Shown here: positions 1 through 9,897 of the stretch, in pieces
How positions within the stretch are numbered: position 1 is the stretch's first letter
How the letters are laid out: every line of letters starts with the position of its first letter
Source of the DNA: Deferribacterales bacterium
GTDB taxonomy: Bacteria > Chrysiogenota > Deferribacteres > Deferribacterales > Geovibrionaceae
Length of the DNA: 64,000 nt
Assembly: GCA_050253075.1 (NCBI GenBank)
Contig: JBFWJS010000005.1
Span: 142,769-206,768 of the forward strand
Reading direction: 5' to 3'
The notes under the pieces: model-generated
Told to the model about the DNA's origin: nothing
Databases searched by the model: none
What the model saw: only the letters and a program-made list of their open reading frames with translations
Position numbers and translations under genes: made by a program

Positions 1-1245
1 CTTTGCCTCTTCACGTGTCTGAACTATCTTTATATTTCCCGCTTTTTCAAAACGGGTGAATCCTTTACCTACAAATACGAAGTTTACGTTCTGAAGCTCG
101 GATGCTTTTTTCATCAGTTTGAAGTAGAGCATCTCTTCGTATCCTTCTATCTCGCCCATTTCGCCTATGAAGGCTGTCTTCACGTCCGATGGTATCTCGG
201 CGAGGTTTGACATGGCGCTTATCACAGATTCGAAACCTGCGTTATAGGTGTCGTCGATGACCTTTATGCCGTCCACGTCATTTATGCGCCCTCTGCCTGC
301 CTTCGGCTGAAAGTTTCTGATGCCCTTCATGACATCTGTATATGAGAGCCCCGCAGCCATGCCTATGGCTATTGCAGGGAGACTGTTATTTACAAAGTGG
401 CTGTATATGTGGTTCAGCTTAAAGCAGTAAGGAGTATTCCTCGTGACCGCCGTAAAGTAGAAGTCACCCGCTGCTGTTCTGTTCACCTCAGCCAGTATCA
501 CGTGGGAGGACATGTCAGAGCCGAAGTATTTCACCTCTGCTTTTTCAAGCACTTCCGATGTAATGAACCTGCGGCATGTGTCGGCTATGTAGAGCGTCCC
601 TCTGTTTTTCATCCCTTTAACGATGGAGAGCTTCTCCTCTGCGAGCCCTTCTATGCCTTTGAATCTGCCGATGTGCGCATGTCCTATGCCTGTGACAACG
701 CATACGTCAGGCTTTATATATTTAGAGAGCTGTTCTATCTCTCCGCTGGAGTTCGTACCCATTTCAAACACTGCATAGCTTGTGCCCATCTTCATGTTTG
801 CAGCACATATGGCGACTCCAAGCTCGTTGTTGTAATTGCCGTATGCGGTATAAACACGCTTTCTTGTTTTCAGCACTTCGCTGATCAGCTCTTTTGTGGT
901 GGTTTTACCCACGCTGCCTGTTATGGCTATCTTTCTGCCTTTGTATCTCTGAAGGTTATAAGCACCGAGGTCTTTCAGTGCCTGCATGGCATCACGTACC
1001 AGAACCTTACTGCCTCTGATGCTGTCATAAACAGCCTCATCCGTGACCACGACAAGGGATGCACCCTCTTCGGACACTGCCTTTGCGTAAAGGTTTCCGT
1101 CTGTCTTCTCACCTTTGAAAGCGACAAAGCAGCTGTCTTTTCTCAGCTGTCTGCTGTCGATGACAAAGTTTTTGATCTGTACGTCTTCCTGCACATGGGA
1201 ATGAAGAACACCGCCCATGGCATTGATTGCCTGTGTGACTAGCAT
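1..1245 (-). CDS. murF: UDP-N-acetylmuramoyl-tripeptide--D-Ala-D-Ala ligase (3' end runs off window)
   Basis: Not in ORF track; manual translation from ATG at 1245 gives MLVTQAINAMGG...VIDSR...AITGSVGKTTTKE (Mur ligase P-loop); directly follows murE. Confidence 0.92.
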   Translation of the reverse strand, partial: MLVTQAINAMGGVLHSHVQEDVQIKNFVIDSRQLRKDSCFVAFKGEKTDGNLYAKAVSEEGASLVVVTDEAVYDSIRGSKVLVRDAMQALKDLGAYNLQRYKGRKIAITGSVGKTTTKELISEVLKTRKRVYTAYGNYNNELGVAICAANMKMGTSYAVFEMGTNSSGEIEQLSKYIKPDVCVVTGIGHAHIGRFKGIEGLAEEKLSIVKGMKNRGTLYIADTCRRFITSEVLEKAEVKYFGSDMSSHVILAEVNRTAAGDFYFTAVTRNTPYCFKLNHIYSHFVNNSLPAIAIGMAAGLSYTDVMKGIRNFQPKAGRGRINDVDGIKVIDDTYNAGFESVISAMSNLAEIPSDVKTAFIGEMGEIEGYEEMLYFKLMKKASELQNVNFVFVGKGFTRFEKAGNIKIVQTREEAK

Positions 1246-1248
1246 TCG

Positions 1249-2694
1249 CTATACCTCCAGATACTTTCTCACTTCTTCTCTGTCGTCGAAGTGAATTTTC
1301 TCCTTACCGAGAACCATATAGTCCTCATGGCCTTTACCCGCTATCAGCACTATGTCCTTTGGCTCTGCCATCTCCACAGCCTGCTTGATAGCTTTCATAC
1401 GATCGGGGCAGATGATAACGCTTTCTGCGTTTTCGAATCCTGCGATGATGTCTTCGATTATCTGCTGAGGATCTTCTGTCCTCGGGTTATCGCTGGTAAC
1501 TATAACAACATCCGATCCGCTTTCGGCGGACTTTGCCATCCGTGGCCTCTTTGACCTGTCCCTATCCCCGCCGCAGCCGAACACTGTGATCAGCCTGTTT
1601 TCTTTAAAGCTGCAGAGTGCATCTACAACATTTCTCAGGGCGTCGTCAGTGTGGGCGTAGTCTACAAATATATATGCTCCGTTAGCCTTCTCGAATTTCT
1701 CGAGCCTGCCCGGCACATTTTTCAGATTTTCGATACCTTTTACGATGTCGTCTCCGTCCACACCCAGCATGATGCATCCCGCAGCAGCAGCCATAAGGTT
1801 CTCCAGATTGTGCAGACCGACTAGGTCGGACTTTATCTCGAGAGCACCGGAAGGGCAGACAAACTTTGCTTTCAGCCCGCTAAGGCCGAACCATATCTCC
1901 TCTGCGGTGATGTCAGATTTCGGAGTGAGTCCGTAGGACACTTTATCTATCTCAGCTTCTTTAAAGAGCTTTGCTCCATAGTCGTTATCTTTGCCTATCA
2001 CGCCGACCTTGCAGTATTCCGGTGTGAAGAGTATCTTTTTCGCTTCGTAGTATTCGTCCATTGTCTTGTGATAGTCGAGGTGGTCGCCCGATATGTTTGT
2101 GAATATCGCCACGTCGAAGACAACGCCGTTTACCCTGTGCTGATGCAGAGCGTGTGAGGATACCTCCATGATGAGGGTATCGCAGCCCGCCTTTTTAGCA
2201 TCTGCCAGTATTTTAAAGAATTCATATGTAGGCGGTGTGGTACTGTTCAGGTCGATCAGCTTGTCAGCGTATCTGATACCTGTCGTGCCGACCACCACAG
2301 GCTTTTTACCAGCCTGTTTCACGATGGATTCTATGATATATGTTGTGGTTGTTTTGCCGTTTGTACCTGTCACGGCAATGCATTCCATAGCTTCGTCCGG
2401 TCTGCCGAAGAAGTTTCTGCAGGCTCTGGCGACGGCTCTTCTTCCGTCTTCCACGATGACTGTAGGCACACCTTCGATCTTTTCCTCTGCGACGACAAAC
2501 GGTACTTTTCCGCTGGCGAACACATCGGCAGCAAACTGGGTTGAATCCACGGCAGCACCCTTAAACGCAAAGAACGGAGACCTGTTTTTCAGGTTTCTGC
2601 TGTCAATATTGATATCTTTCACATCTGTTTCGAAATCTACATCAAGATCGAAACCCTTGATGGAAAGTCCGTCAAGAAGCTGGGAGACTTTCAT
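1249..2694 (-). CDS. murE: UDP-MurNAc-L-Ala-D-Glu--diaminopimelate ligase
   Basis: VTGTNGKTT, MEVSSH, DYAHTDD, SDNPRTEDP (DAP-type), AGKGHE motifs; start placed at ATG 2694 from AAGGAG spacing. Confidence 0.95.
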   Translation of the reverse strand: MKVSQLLDGLSIKGFDLDVDFETDVKDINIDSRNLKNRSPFFAFKGAAVDSTQFAADVFASGKVPFVVAEEKIEGVPTVIVEDGRRAVARACRNFFGRPDEAMECIAVTGTNGKTTTTYIIESIVKQAGKKPVVVGTTGIRYADKLIDLNSTTPPTYEFFKILADAKKAGCDTLIMEVSSHALHQHRVNGVVFDVAIFTNISGDHLDYHKTMDEYYEAKKILFTPEYCKVGVIGKDNDYGAKLFKEAEIDKVSYGLTPKSDITAEEIWFGLSGLKAKFVCPSGALEIKSDLVGLHNLENLMAAAAGCIMLGVDGDDIVKGIENLKNVPGRLEKFEKANGAYIFVDYAHTDDALRNVVDALCSFKENRLITVFGCGGDRDRSKRPRMAKSAESGSDVVIVTSDNPRTEDPQQIIEDIIAGFENAESVIICPDRMKAIKQAVEMAEPKDIVLIAGKGHEDYMVLGKEKIHFDDREEVRKYLEV

Positions 2695-4360
2695 ATACAT
2701 AGCTCCTTTTTAATCCAAGCTGCATTGACAGCTGTTCTGCCAGAGTCTTAAAAGTGTGGGCCGCTGTAGAACCGCCGTATATCGACTTTTTAGGTTCCTG
2801 ATAGACCACCAGCATAGCTATCCTCGGATTATCAGCAGGGAAAACCCCTGCAAAACTCGCAACATACTCTTTCTTACTGTATGTTCCTGTTTCACTATCT
2901 ATCCTTTGTCCTGTCCCTGTCTTTCCGGCTATAGGCACAAAGGATGACTGCGCATTGCTTCCTGTTCCGTCTGTTACGACATCGGACAGTAATGACTGCA
3001 ACGCTTTTGCTGTTTCTTCAGAAAAGATCCTTTTCTGTACATATTTCGGTCTGTATATATTTCCGCCGTTTTCGACTTTGCTCACTATTTTAGGGTTCAC
3101 CAGTCTGCCGCCGTTGGCGATGGCAGAGTAAAAACGCACCATCTGCAGCGGAGTGACCATCACTTCCTGCCCGATGGATATCGAAGGTTTGCTGAGTCCT
3201 GACCACTGCTCTGTCGATCTGAGGATGCCCTCTTCTTCGCCCAGTCCTGATACGCCTGTCTTCTCGCCAAATCCTGCTTCTTTCATGTATTGATAGAATT
3301 CCTTTTTTGTCACTTTGTCGGACAGCTTCATTGTGCCTATGTTGCTGGAGTGCAGCATGACCTGTCTGGCTGTCAGTATCTGAAACGGGTGAACATCCTT
3401 CACCACGTGGTCGTACAGCTTATACTTACCGTTTTCACAGTTGACCATCTCTCTCATGTTCAGATTATGCTTATCCATAAGCAGAGAAAAAAGCACAGGC
3501 TTGAATATGGAGCCCGGCTCGTATAGATATCCCGCAGGATAGTTTTTCCATTCAGAACGGCTGTATTTGCCGTATTCGTTCGGGTCAAAGCCTCCGGAGG
3601 ACGCCGCAAAAATTATATCCCCAGTGTATGCATCCATGGCAACTGCGATTCCCCTCTTGGCCATGAATTTCTCGGTGTCCTCTCGGAGCACTTCTTCGCT
3701 TAGACCCTGTAGGTATTTGTCTATCGTCAGATAGAGCTGTGTATCTATTTCTTTTTCTTTTCTGGTATCTTCGAAAACGATGCGCTTGCCTTTGTTATCC
3801 TTCAGGCTGAGCAGCTGGAGCTTATGCCCCTGCAGTATCTTTTCGTATCTGTTTTCCAGTCCGCCGAGACCTTTGTTATCCGTACCGGTGAAGCCCACGA
3901 TTGACGCAGCCAGCTTTCTCTCTGGATAAAGTCTCTGCTCTTCCAGCAGATATTCCACATTCGGGATCTGCTTCTGTATCTTTTCCGCCTGATCTATGTC
4001 TATGTTCCTTTCGATCCAGACGAATCCGTCGTTTTTCAGTATGCGTGTGATGGTATTCTTAGAGAGCTTCAGACCTGCATTCTGGAGCTTTCTAACGAAC
4101 ACCTTCCTGTCGTTTATCTCACTGGCGAAGACATAGAGGGATGCGGACTTCTTATTCAGTGCGAGCGGGTCTCCGTTCACATCGAGAATGAATCCTCTGC
4201 CCCTTGTGCTCTCTATGACGCCCTTTGCTTGATTGCCCGCAAACTCAGTGAAAAAGTCCCCCTGCCATAATTGAAGATAGGCGATCCTGGCAACCAGAAC
4301 GCCTAAAGCAAGGAAAGCTAACAAACTGAAGAAGTTTATGCGGGATCTGTCATTTGACAT
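2672..4360 (-). CDS. ftsI: Peptidoglycan transpeptidase FtsI/PBP3
   Basis: N-terminal TM, RGxILD, EPGSIFK (SxxK), SSN, KTGT motifs; dcw position. Confidence 0.92.
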   Translation of the reverse strand: MSNDRSRINFFSLLAFLALGVLVARIAYLQLWQGDFFTEFAGNQAKGVIESTRGRGFILDVNGDPLALNKKSASLYVFASEINDRKVFVRKLQNAGLKLSKNTITRILKNDGFVWIERNIDIDQAEKIQKQIPNVEYLLEEQRLYPERKLAASIVGFTGTDNKGLGGLENRYEKILQGHKLQLLSLKDNKGKRIVFEDTRKEKEIDTQLYLTIDKYLQGLSEEVLREDTEKFMAKRGIAVAMDAYTGDIIFAASSGGFDPNEYGKYSRSEWKNYPAGYLYEPGSIFKPVLFSLLMDKHNLNMREMVNCENGKYKLYDHVVKDVHPFQILTARQVMLHSSNIGTMKLSDKVTKKEFYQYMKEAGFGEKTGVSGLGEEEGILRSTEQWSGLSKPSISIGQEVMVTPLQMVRFYSAIANGGRLVNPKIVSKVENGGNIYRPKYVQKRIFSEETAKALQSLLSDVVTDGTGSNAQSSFVPIAGKTGTGQRIDSETGTYSKKEYVASFAGVFPADNPRIAMLVVYQEPKKSIYGGSTAAHTFKTLAEQLSMQLGLKRSYVYESLPAS

Positions 4361-4649
4361 AAAACGTCCTTCGCACATCCGGCAAACTCAGCCCGAGTTC
4401 TTTTGCCTTTCTGTATAGGTTCTCTGTATCATATTCTCTGGATTTCTTATCCAGCATGCTCAGATAGCTTATCTCTGCTCTCTCGTTTCTGTCGGAGAGA
4501 TTGCTTATCTCATACCCTGTTTTGATGCACAGGTGTCTGACATATACCAAGCTGAAAAGGAGTAGAATTGTGAGCGATGCGAAAAAGAGTGTACGCATTT
4601 TGAGTCTGCCCGCTTGTGGTGCTGCTGTTGAAAGTGTTCCTGCTCTCAT
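4350..4649 (-). CDS. ftsL: Cell division protein FtsL-like
   Basis: 99 aa, one TM then coiled coil ending AKELGL; between rsmH and ftsI. Confidence 0.7.
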   Translation of the reverse strand: MRAGTLSTAAPQAGRLKMRTLFFASLTILLLFSLVYVRHLCIKTGYEISNLSDRNERAEISYLSMLDKKSREYDTENLYRKAKELGLSLPDVRRTFYVK

Positions 4650-4676
4650 ATCTCTCTCCTTATTTCCTTTATCTCA

Positions 4677-4735
4677 GTCATCCTGAACATAGTGCAGGAT
4701 CTGTCTGTCCTGATTCTTCGTTTACTCAGAATGAC
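4677..4735. repeat. REP-like palindromic element, copy 1
   Basis: GTCATCCTGAAC...GGATCT...GATTCTTCG...CTCAGAATGAC; complementary ends; same ends as copies at 17333 and 24427. Confidence 0.75.
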
Positions 4736-4744
4736 GTTTATCTC

Positions 4745-5671
4745 TCAAACCCTTTTTGCGACCCTCATCTTAGAGCTGCGGCTTAACGGGTTTGCTTCTA
4801 CTTCGTCCTTTTGAGGTTCCAGAGGTTTGCGGGTGAGCTGTTTGAATGTCCTCTTTTTATCGCAGGTGCACACGGGCATCTCCGACGGACAAACACACTC
4901 TTTCTCAAACTCTCTGAAAGCATCCTTGACTATCCTGTCCTCCAGTGAATGAAACGAGATAAAGGCGGCTATGCCCCCCTCGCTCACACGGTCTTCAAGT
5001 TTGCCAAGCATCGTTTCTATGCTCTCAAGCTCGCTGTTCACATATATGCGCAGAGCCTGAAAGGTCTTTGTGGCAGGGTTTATACCCGGCTTCTGAGCCT
5101 TTCTTGGTATTGCCGATGCGACTATCTCTGCCAGACGTGTCGTCGTGTTGATGGACTCCGTCTCCCTCGCAGATACTATCGCCCCTGCTATATTCCATGC
5201 GAAGCTGTCTTCGCCATATTTTCTTATGATGTCGCTCAGCTCTTCTCTGGAGAAGCTGTTCACCACATCGGATGCAGAAAGTCTTTCATTCTGATTCATC
5301 CTCATGTCGAGCGGTCCCTCACTCCTAAAGGAGAAGCCCCTCTCGGCAACTTTCAGGTGGTAAAGTGAAACTCCGAAGTCAGCCAAAACAGATGTTACAG
5401 ATGGGATACCCAGTTCATCGAGAACAAGGTCGAATTCGGAAAAGTTGGAATGAACTATGGTAACTCTGGAGTCACCTTTAAAGCGGTCTTTCAGCCTTTC
5501 GACTGCGTCCAGATCTCTGTCCAGAACGATAAGTCTACCCCTCTCAGAGATCTTTTCAAGCATCGCAGCAGAGTGACCGCCTCCGCCGCCTGTCATATCC
5601 AGGGTTATACCGTCTGGATCAGCCGGCAGATACTTCAGCACCTCCCTCATCATTACCGGTATGTGCTTCAT
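4745..5671 (-). CDS. rsmH: 16S rRNA m4C1402 methyltransferase
   Basis: MKHIPVM start, GGGGHS, RGFSF..GPLDMRM, FQALRIYVN, ISFHSLEDR, NPLSRS motifs. Confidence 0.95.
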   Translation of the reverse strand: MKHIPVMMREVLKYLPADPDGITLDMTGGGGGHSAAMLEKISERGRLIVLDRDLDAVERLKDRFKGDSRVTIVHSNFSEFDLVLDELGIPSVTSVLADFGVSLYHLKVAERGFSFRSEGPLDMRMNQNERLSASDVVNSFSREELSDIIRKYGEDSFAWNIAGAIVSARETESINTTTRLAEIVASAIPRKAQKPGINPATKTFQALRIYVNSELESIETMLGKLEDRVSEGGIAAFISFHSLEDRIVKDAFREFEKECVCPSEMPVCTCDKKRTFKQLTRKPLEPQKDEVEANPLSRSSKMRVAKRV

Positions 5672-5846
5672 TCCTAACAACCGTCCCGACTGCCATGCCA
5701 TCCGTACTAAGTCTGACAAAGCTGCCTTTTTGCATAAATCTGTAACACTCTTTCGCAAGAGTCTCACGGTCCAGGTCCTTCATGTCGAAAACCGACAGGT
5801 CACAGCCTGAATTTACCTTATGGGCCAGCCAAGAAAACACTGACAT
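5619..5846 (-). CDS. Small hypothetical protein between mraZ and rsmH
   Basis: AAGGAG RBS 6 nt before ATG; fills the mraZ-rsmH gap; 3' end overlaps rsmH start. Confidence 0.6.
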   Translation of the reverse strand: MSVFSWLAHKVNSGCDLSVFDMKDLDRETLAKECYRFMQKGSFVRLSTDGMAVGTVVRNEAHTGNDEGGAEVSAG

Positions 5847-5884
5847 AAAATGCTCCTTACGTGTCTACTTGCGGCCTGCCATCA

Positions 5885-6331
5885 TTATCTGATCTTTCCG
5901 GCGAACTTCTTATAAAGTTCCGCCTTTTTGTTGTCTGTAGACTTGTTCTCCCAGACAGCGGCAGGCCATATCTCGAAATGGTTACGCAGACCATTTACGA
6001 TACATTCACCCTTGATGCCGCACCTTTCTCTGATTTCAGAAGAGATCATCACACGTCCGTTTTTGTCTATGGACAGCTCGTCCATATCTGCATACAGCAG
6101 TCTGAGAAACTCCTGAAACTCCTCGTCGTCGTTGGATTCGTCCTCCAACCTGGCTTCCTCTCTGTCCCACTCGGCAGTTGGATAAAGTCTGAGGTGGTCC
6201 TCCATTGACAACAGTGTAAGCTCATCACTGCCGTACTTAACCTTAAGTATCTCTCTGAACTTCGAAGGAACAGAGATACGTCCGGTCTCACTAATTTTGT
6301 GTTGGTGGTGTCCTCTAAAACTTCCTGCCAT
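5885..6331 (-). CDS. mraZ: Division/cell wall cluster transcriptional repressor MraZ
   Basis: FRG..HKISETGRISVPSKFR and IDKNGRVMI duplicated AbrB-like repeats; FEIW; first gene of dcw cluster. Confidence 0.92.
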   Translation of the reverse strand: MAGSFRGHHQHKISETGRISVPSKFREILKVKYGSDELTLLSMEDHLRLYPTAEWDREEARLEDESNDDEEFQEFLRLLYADMDELSIDKNGRVMISSEIRERCGIKGECIVNGLRNHFEIWPAAVWENKSTDNKKAELYKKFAGKIR

Positions 6332-6411
6332 TTTTATACCAATTTGTACCTTCTTATGACAATATCGTACAATTTATGCCAAAGTTAACAAATAATATGT
6401 AATTATGTCAA
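6331..6411 (-). promoter_or_regulatory. dcw promoter (TTGACA -35) followed by a 10-bp periodic array (putative MraZ operator)
   Basis: Minus strand TTGACA (6411-6406), TGtTAACTT -10-like, then TGGCATAAAT/TGTACGATAT/TGTCATAAGA/AGGTACAAAT/TGGTATAAAA up to the ATG. Confidence 0.55.
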
Positions 6412-6565
6412 GGGATATTGATTTTGTCCTATTTAGCTCTAATTCAGTGTTTTAGGGGATTTACGCACTATTATTAATGCTTTAATGTGAAAATTCACTC
6501 ATGTGTAGAAAAAATATTTTTTTAGAAATGCTGAAGTGAGTATTTTTTGTGCAGTAATTTTGGAG

Positions 6566-6598
6566 AAAAAAAAGCCCCGCTCGTTAAAAGCAGGGCTT
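6566..6598 (-). terminator. Intrinsic terminator after MCP gene
   Basis: Minus strand AAGCCCTGC-loop-GCGGGGCTT followed by T run. Confidence 0.75.
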
Positions 6599-6612
6599 CG
6601 TTTATCAGTTGT

Positions 6613-8904
6613 TTATATGCATTTAGCCTTGTCGAACATGATCTCAAGATACTTGATGAGCTGCTCCACTCTGCTGTGCATTTTCATCAGATCCTCATAG
6701 GCGGCATCCATATTACCTTTCGCTATCATATCAGAGATATGGTGTGAAAGCTGGTGCACCTCTTTGTGAGGAGCCTCGATAGCTTTGAAGTCTGCATCAT
6801 TTTTATACAGCTCCTGTATGTCCTTGGAGAAGTATATCTGGCCGAAATCACACTCATGGTCACTTTTAAGTCCCTGAGGCCTGTTTCCGGTCATGAAAGC
6901 GGTGAACAGGTTCTTAAGGTATTTGACGTGTGCCATCTTCGCCTTAACGAAGACTATACCTTTGCAGGAGAGCTCATACTGAATGAGGTCTTTCTCAAGT
7001 GTGGCAAGGTCGTCCATAAGCCCGTATATCTGCCCCATAAGCCCCATAACATTGTCTCTGGATGTGCCGGATGCAGCGGCAACCTTCTCAATACTGTTGG
7101 CAACCTCTGCTGTGGCGCCTGCCTGCTGTTCGGATGCTGTGGATATATTAAGGAGCAGTCCGTTCAGTTCCTCCACAGAGCTGAGGATATCCTGAAATCT
7201 GCTGTTTGCCTCTTCGCTGGTTTTCACCTGTGACGAGATGCTCTCGGAAACCTCGGCGGCGTTTCTATCCGCACGGGTCACGTTTTCCTGAATGATCTTC
7301 ACCATCTTTTCGATCTCGTTGGTGGATGCGAGGGTCTTTTCTGCTAGCTTTCTGACCTCGTCGGCAACAACGGCAAAGCCTCTGCCCGCTTCCCCTGCTC
7401 TGGCAGCCTCGATGGCAGCGTTCAGTGCGAGCAGGTTTGTCTGTTCGGAAATGTCGTTGATGACCTCTACCACAGAGCCGATACTCTGGGCGTTTTCGGT
7501 CAGAGAGTTAATGTCGCTTGCGAGACTGTCTACTACAGATTTAACATTCTCTGCTTTCTCGGCAGCTTCACGTACAAGGTCTGAGCCCTCTGTGGCAAGG
7601 CTGAGGGTCTGCTCGCCTTTGGCGGCGACATCGGCAGTGTTTCTGGATATCTCCTCCACGGTGATGCTCATCTCTTCCCCCGCAGCAGCAACAGTGGCCG
7701 CAAGGTCTACGTTCTCGTTGGAAGACTTGCGCACTTCCGTCAGAGCGTAATATATAGGCATGATCTTACCCAGCAGGTTACCCAGCGAGTAAGTTGTTCT
7801 CGAAATATTTTTATCCATTGTATCGAGGAAGTCGTTCATTTTGAATGAAACAGACTCAAGCTCGTTACCTTCTCTGTTCACAGGGATCCTTTTTGAGAGG
7901 TCTCCGTGTCCTTTTGTAACAGCTTCGATGATGCGTGTCATTGTCACCAGCAGCTTAAGGTAGTACTGCATGAAGTAGTAAAGGAATACGGCAAAGCCTG
8001 ATGCCATTACGAATCCCACTATCAGCTTTTTCAGAGCATAGTTAAATGATGCCGCCAGTTTGTCAGAGATATCCTTGAAGAGGATGACCTCTCCGATAGG
8101 CTCACCCTGAAAGTCTTTAAGCTCGACACTTTTGGAAAGTATCTTATGCCCGTCATATACAATGGTCTCCTCAGGAGCATACTGACTCATGAGGTCTCTG
8201 GAGTGTTCGTTGGTATATTTATAAAAGACAACGCCGTCTTTGACGATGTCGGTGTCTTTTGTTTCAAACCTTTTTGCCTGCTTGAAGACAGAGTCTTTTA
8301 TACCTATTACATAGTCCATGTCGAAAGTATCTTTGACACTTTCAAGCGAGCTGTCGATAGAACCGCCGTACTCAACAGAACCGTACAGCTTTCCTTCGTA
8401 AAAGACAGGGAAAACAGCTCTGAGTCCGGGGCCGCCACGACCGACCTCAAGCCCTATCATAGGCTTTTGCTGCTTGTTAGCATCTACGACAGTCTGTCTG
8501 AAAGATGAAAGGTCATCGCCGAATTTATCAGGTTTATGCAGACGCAGAAAGCTGATAGCAGGCGGAGTGTGAAACTGAAACTGGGCTATCCCGTAGTCAT
8601 CCTTTATGTCTTTGAACAGAGGGAGATACTTCTTCAGCAGTCCTTCTCTGTCACCTTCAGCAAGCATTCTAGCAGTATCTTCATCTTTCGCCACCGTACG
8701 CACGGAGAGGGAGAGATCCCGCAGCTTATCATCCAGATTTTTGCTGAGAGAAGATGCCACATCCGTCATGGTGTGTCTGGTGTCTTCGAAAAGTGCCGAG
8801 CGATAAGATACGTAGTCATACCCTGCCAGTATAATAGTAATGAATAGAATACCGATATAGGCGGTGATGGATACAACTTGCTTTATACTAAGTCTCAATC
8901 TCAT
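6613..8904 (-). CDS. Methyl-accepting chemotaxis protein (Cache-type sensor, HAMP, MA domain, C-terminal CZB-like zinc-binding domain)
   Basis: Two TMs, [15 protein letters not shown]ache motif, [36 protein letters not shown]-terminal AH...HECDFG...PHKEVH. Confidence 0.9.
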   Translation of the reverse strand: MRLRLSIKQVVSITAYIGILFITIILAGYDYVSYRSALFEDTRHTMTDVASSLSKNLDDKLRDLSLSVRTVAKDEDTARMLAEGDREGLLKKYLPLFKDIKDDYGIAQFQFHTPPAISFLRLHKPDKFGDDLSSFRQTVVDANKQQKPMIGLEVGRGGPGLRAVFPVFYEGKLYGSVEYGGSIDSSLESVKDTFDMDYVIGIKDSVFKQAKRFETKDTDIVKDGVVFYKYTNEHSRDLMSQYAPEETIVYDGHKILSKSVELKDFQGEPIGEVILFKDISDKLAASFNYALKKLIVGFVMASGFAVFLYYFMQYYLKLLVTMTRIIEAVTKGHGDLSKRIPVNREGNELESVSFKMNDFLDTMDKNISRTTYSLGNLLGKIMPIYYALTEVRKSSNENVDLAATVAAAGEEMSITVEEISRNTADVAAKGEQTLSLATEGSDLVREAAEKAENVKSVVDSLASDINSLTENAQSIGSVVEVINDISEQTNLLALNAAIEAARAGEAGRGFAVVADEVRKLAEKTLASTNEIEKMVKIIQENVTRADRNAAEVSESISSQVKTSEEANSRFQDILSSVEELNGLLLNISTASEQQAGATAEVANSIEKVAAASGTSRDNVMGLMGQIYGLMDDLATLEKDLIQYELSCKGIVFVKAKMAHVKYLKNLFTAFMTGNRPQGLKSDHECDFGQIYFSKDIQELYKNDADFKAIEAPHKEVHQLSHHISDMIAKGNMDAAYEDLMKMHSRVEQLIKYLEIMFDKAKCI

Positions 8905-9012
8905 ATAATACCCCTAAAAAAATAAAGTTTATCTTTACAATACCTTCGTATCTTAATAAATTAACATCTAGCGAAGTTTTTCGCATCACAAATTTTACAC
9001 TTTCGCAAAGAT

Positions 9013-9792
9013 ATGAATATGAATAACAAATTTATACAACTCGTTGAAATCGTTAAAACTTTACGCAGTCCTGAAGGGTGCCCGTGGGACAGGGAACAAA
9101 ATCTTTTATCAATTAAAAATCATTTTCTGGAAGAAGCCTTTGAGCTTGTCGATGCACTGGACAACGAAGACATCCCGAATATAAGGGAAGAGCTCGGAGA
9201 CATCATATTCCACGTAGTATTTCATTCTGTGATGGCAGAGGAAGAGGGAAAATTCAACCTTGAAGATGTCATTGCAGAGGTAAATGAAAAGCTGATACGC
9301 AGACACCCCCATGTTTTCGGCGATCTGGGCAAGATAGGCACCGAAGAGGTCGTGATAAACTGGGAAAAGATCAAAGAGCAGGAAAAGAAAGATAAGAGGA
9401 AATCAGTTCTGGATGATATACCGGGCAGTTTCCCTTCCATACAGCGTTCGCAAAAGATGCAGGAGCGTGTGAGAAAGGTCGGATTCGACTGGCCAAATAT
9501 GGAAGAATGCATGGAAAAGGTGAATGAGGAGATAGGCGAATTCAAAGAAGCTGTCGGCACAGGCAGTAAAAAAGATATCGAGCACGAGCTCGGCGATGTC
9601 TTCTTCGCACTGATAAACCTTTCACGATTTTTAAAAGTAGACCCGGACGAAGCACTGCGAAAAGCAAATAAAAGATTCCACAAACGTTTCTCATACATTG
9701 AACAAAGCCTTCAGGAGAGAGGACTCAGCTCTGAGGATGCCACCATCGAACAGATGGAGGAGCTCTGGCAGGAAGCAAAAAAGATGGAATAA
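9013..9792 (+). CDS. mazG: Nucleoside triphosphate pyrophosphohydrolase MazG
   Basis: LRSPEGCPWDREQ, EELGD, KLIRRHPHVFG, GFDW, second ELGD. Confidence 0.95.
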   Translation: MNMNNKFIQLVEIVKTLRSPEGCPWDREQNLLSIKNHFLEEAFELVDALDNEDIPNIREELGDIIFHVVFHSVMAEEEGKFNLEDVIAEVNEKLIRRHPHVFGDLGKIGTEEVVINWEKIKEQEKKDKRKSVLDDIPGSFPSIQRSQKMQERVRKVGFDWPNMEECMEKVNEEIGEFKEAVGTGSKKDIEHELGDVFFALINLSRFLKVDPDEALRKANKRFHKRFSYIEQSLQERGLSSEDATIEQMEELWQEAKKME

Positions 9793-9897
9793 CGCTTGCA
9801 AATAACCCGGCTTAATATTAAGATTTACCTATAATTATTAGTTTCCGCACAATATTTTCGTTACTTTTTTATTCAATATTACTAATGGATTACAAAC

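Noticed and set aside
397..1242. 281-aa plus-strand ORF and the many other antisense or overlapping ORFs in the track (e.g. 15776-16651, 35641-36570, 48342-49229, 59190-60092)
   Set aside because: Shadow frames of well-supported genes on the opposite strand (here murF); no motifs or RBS
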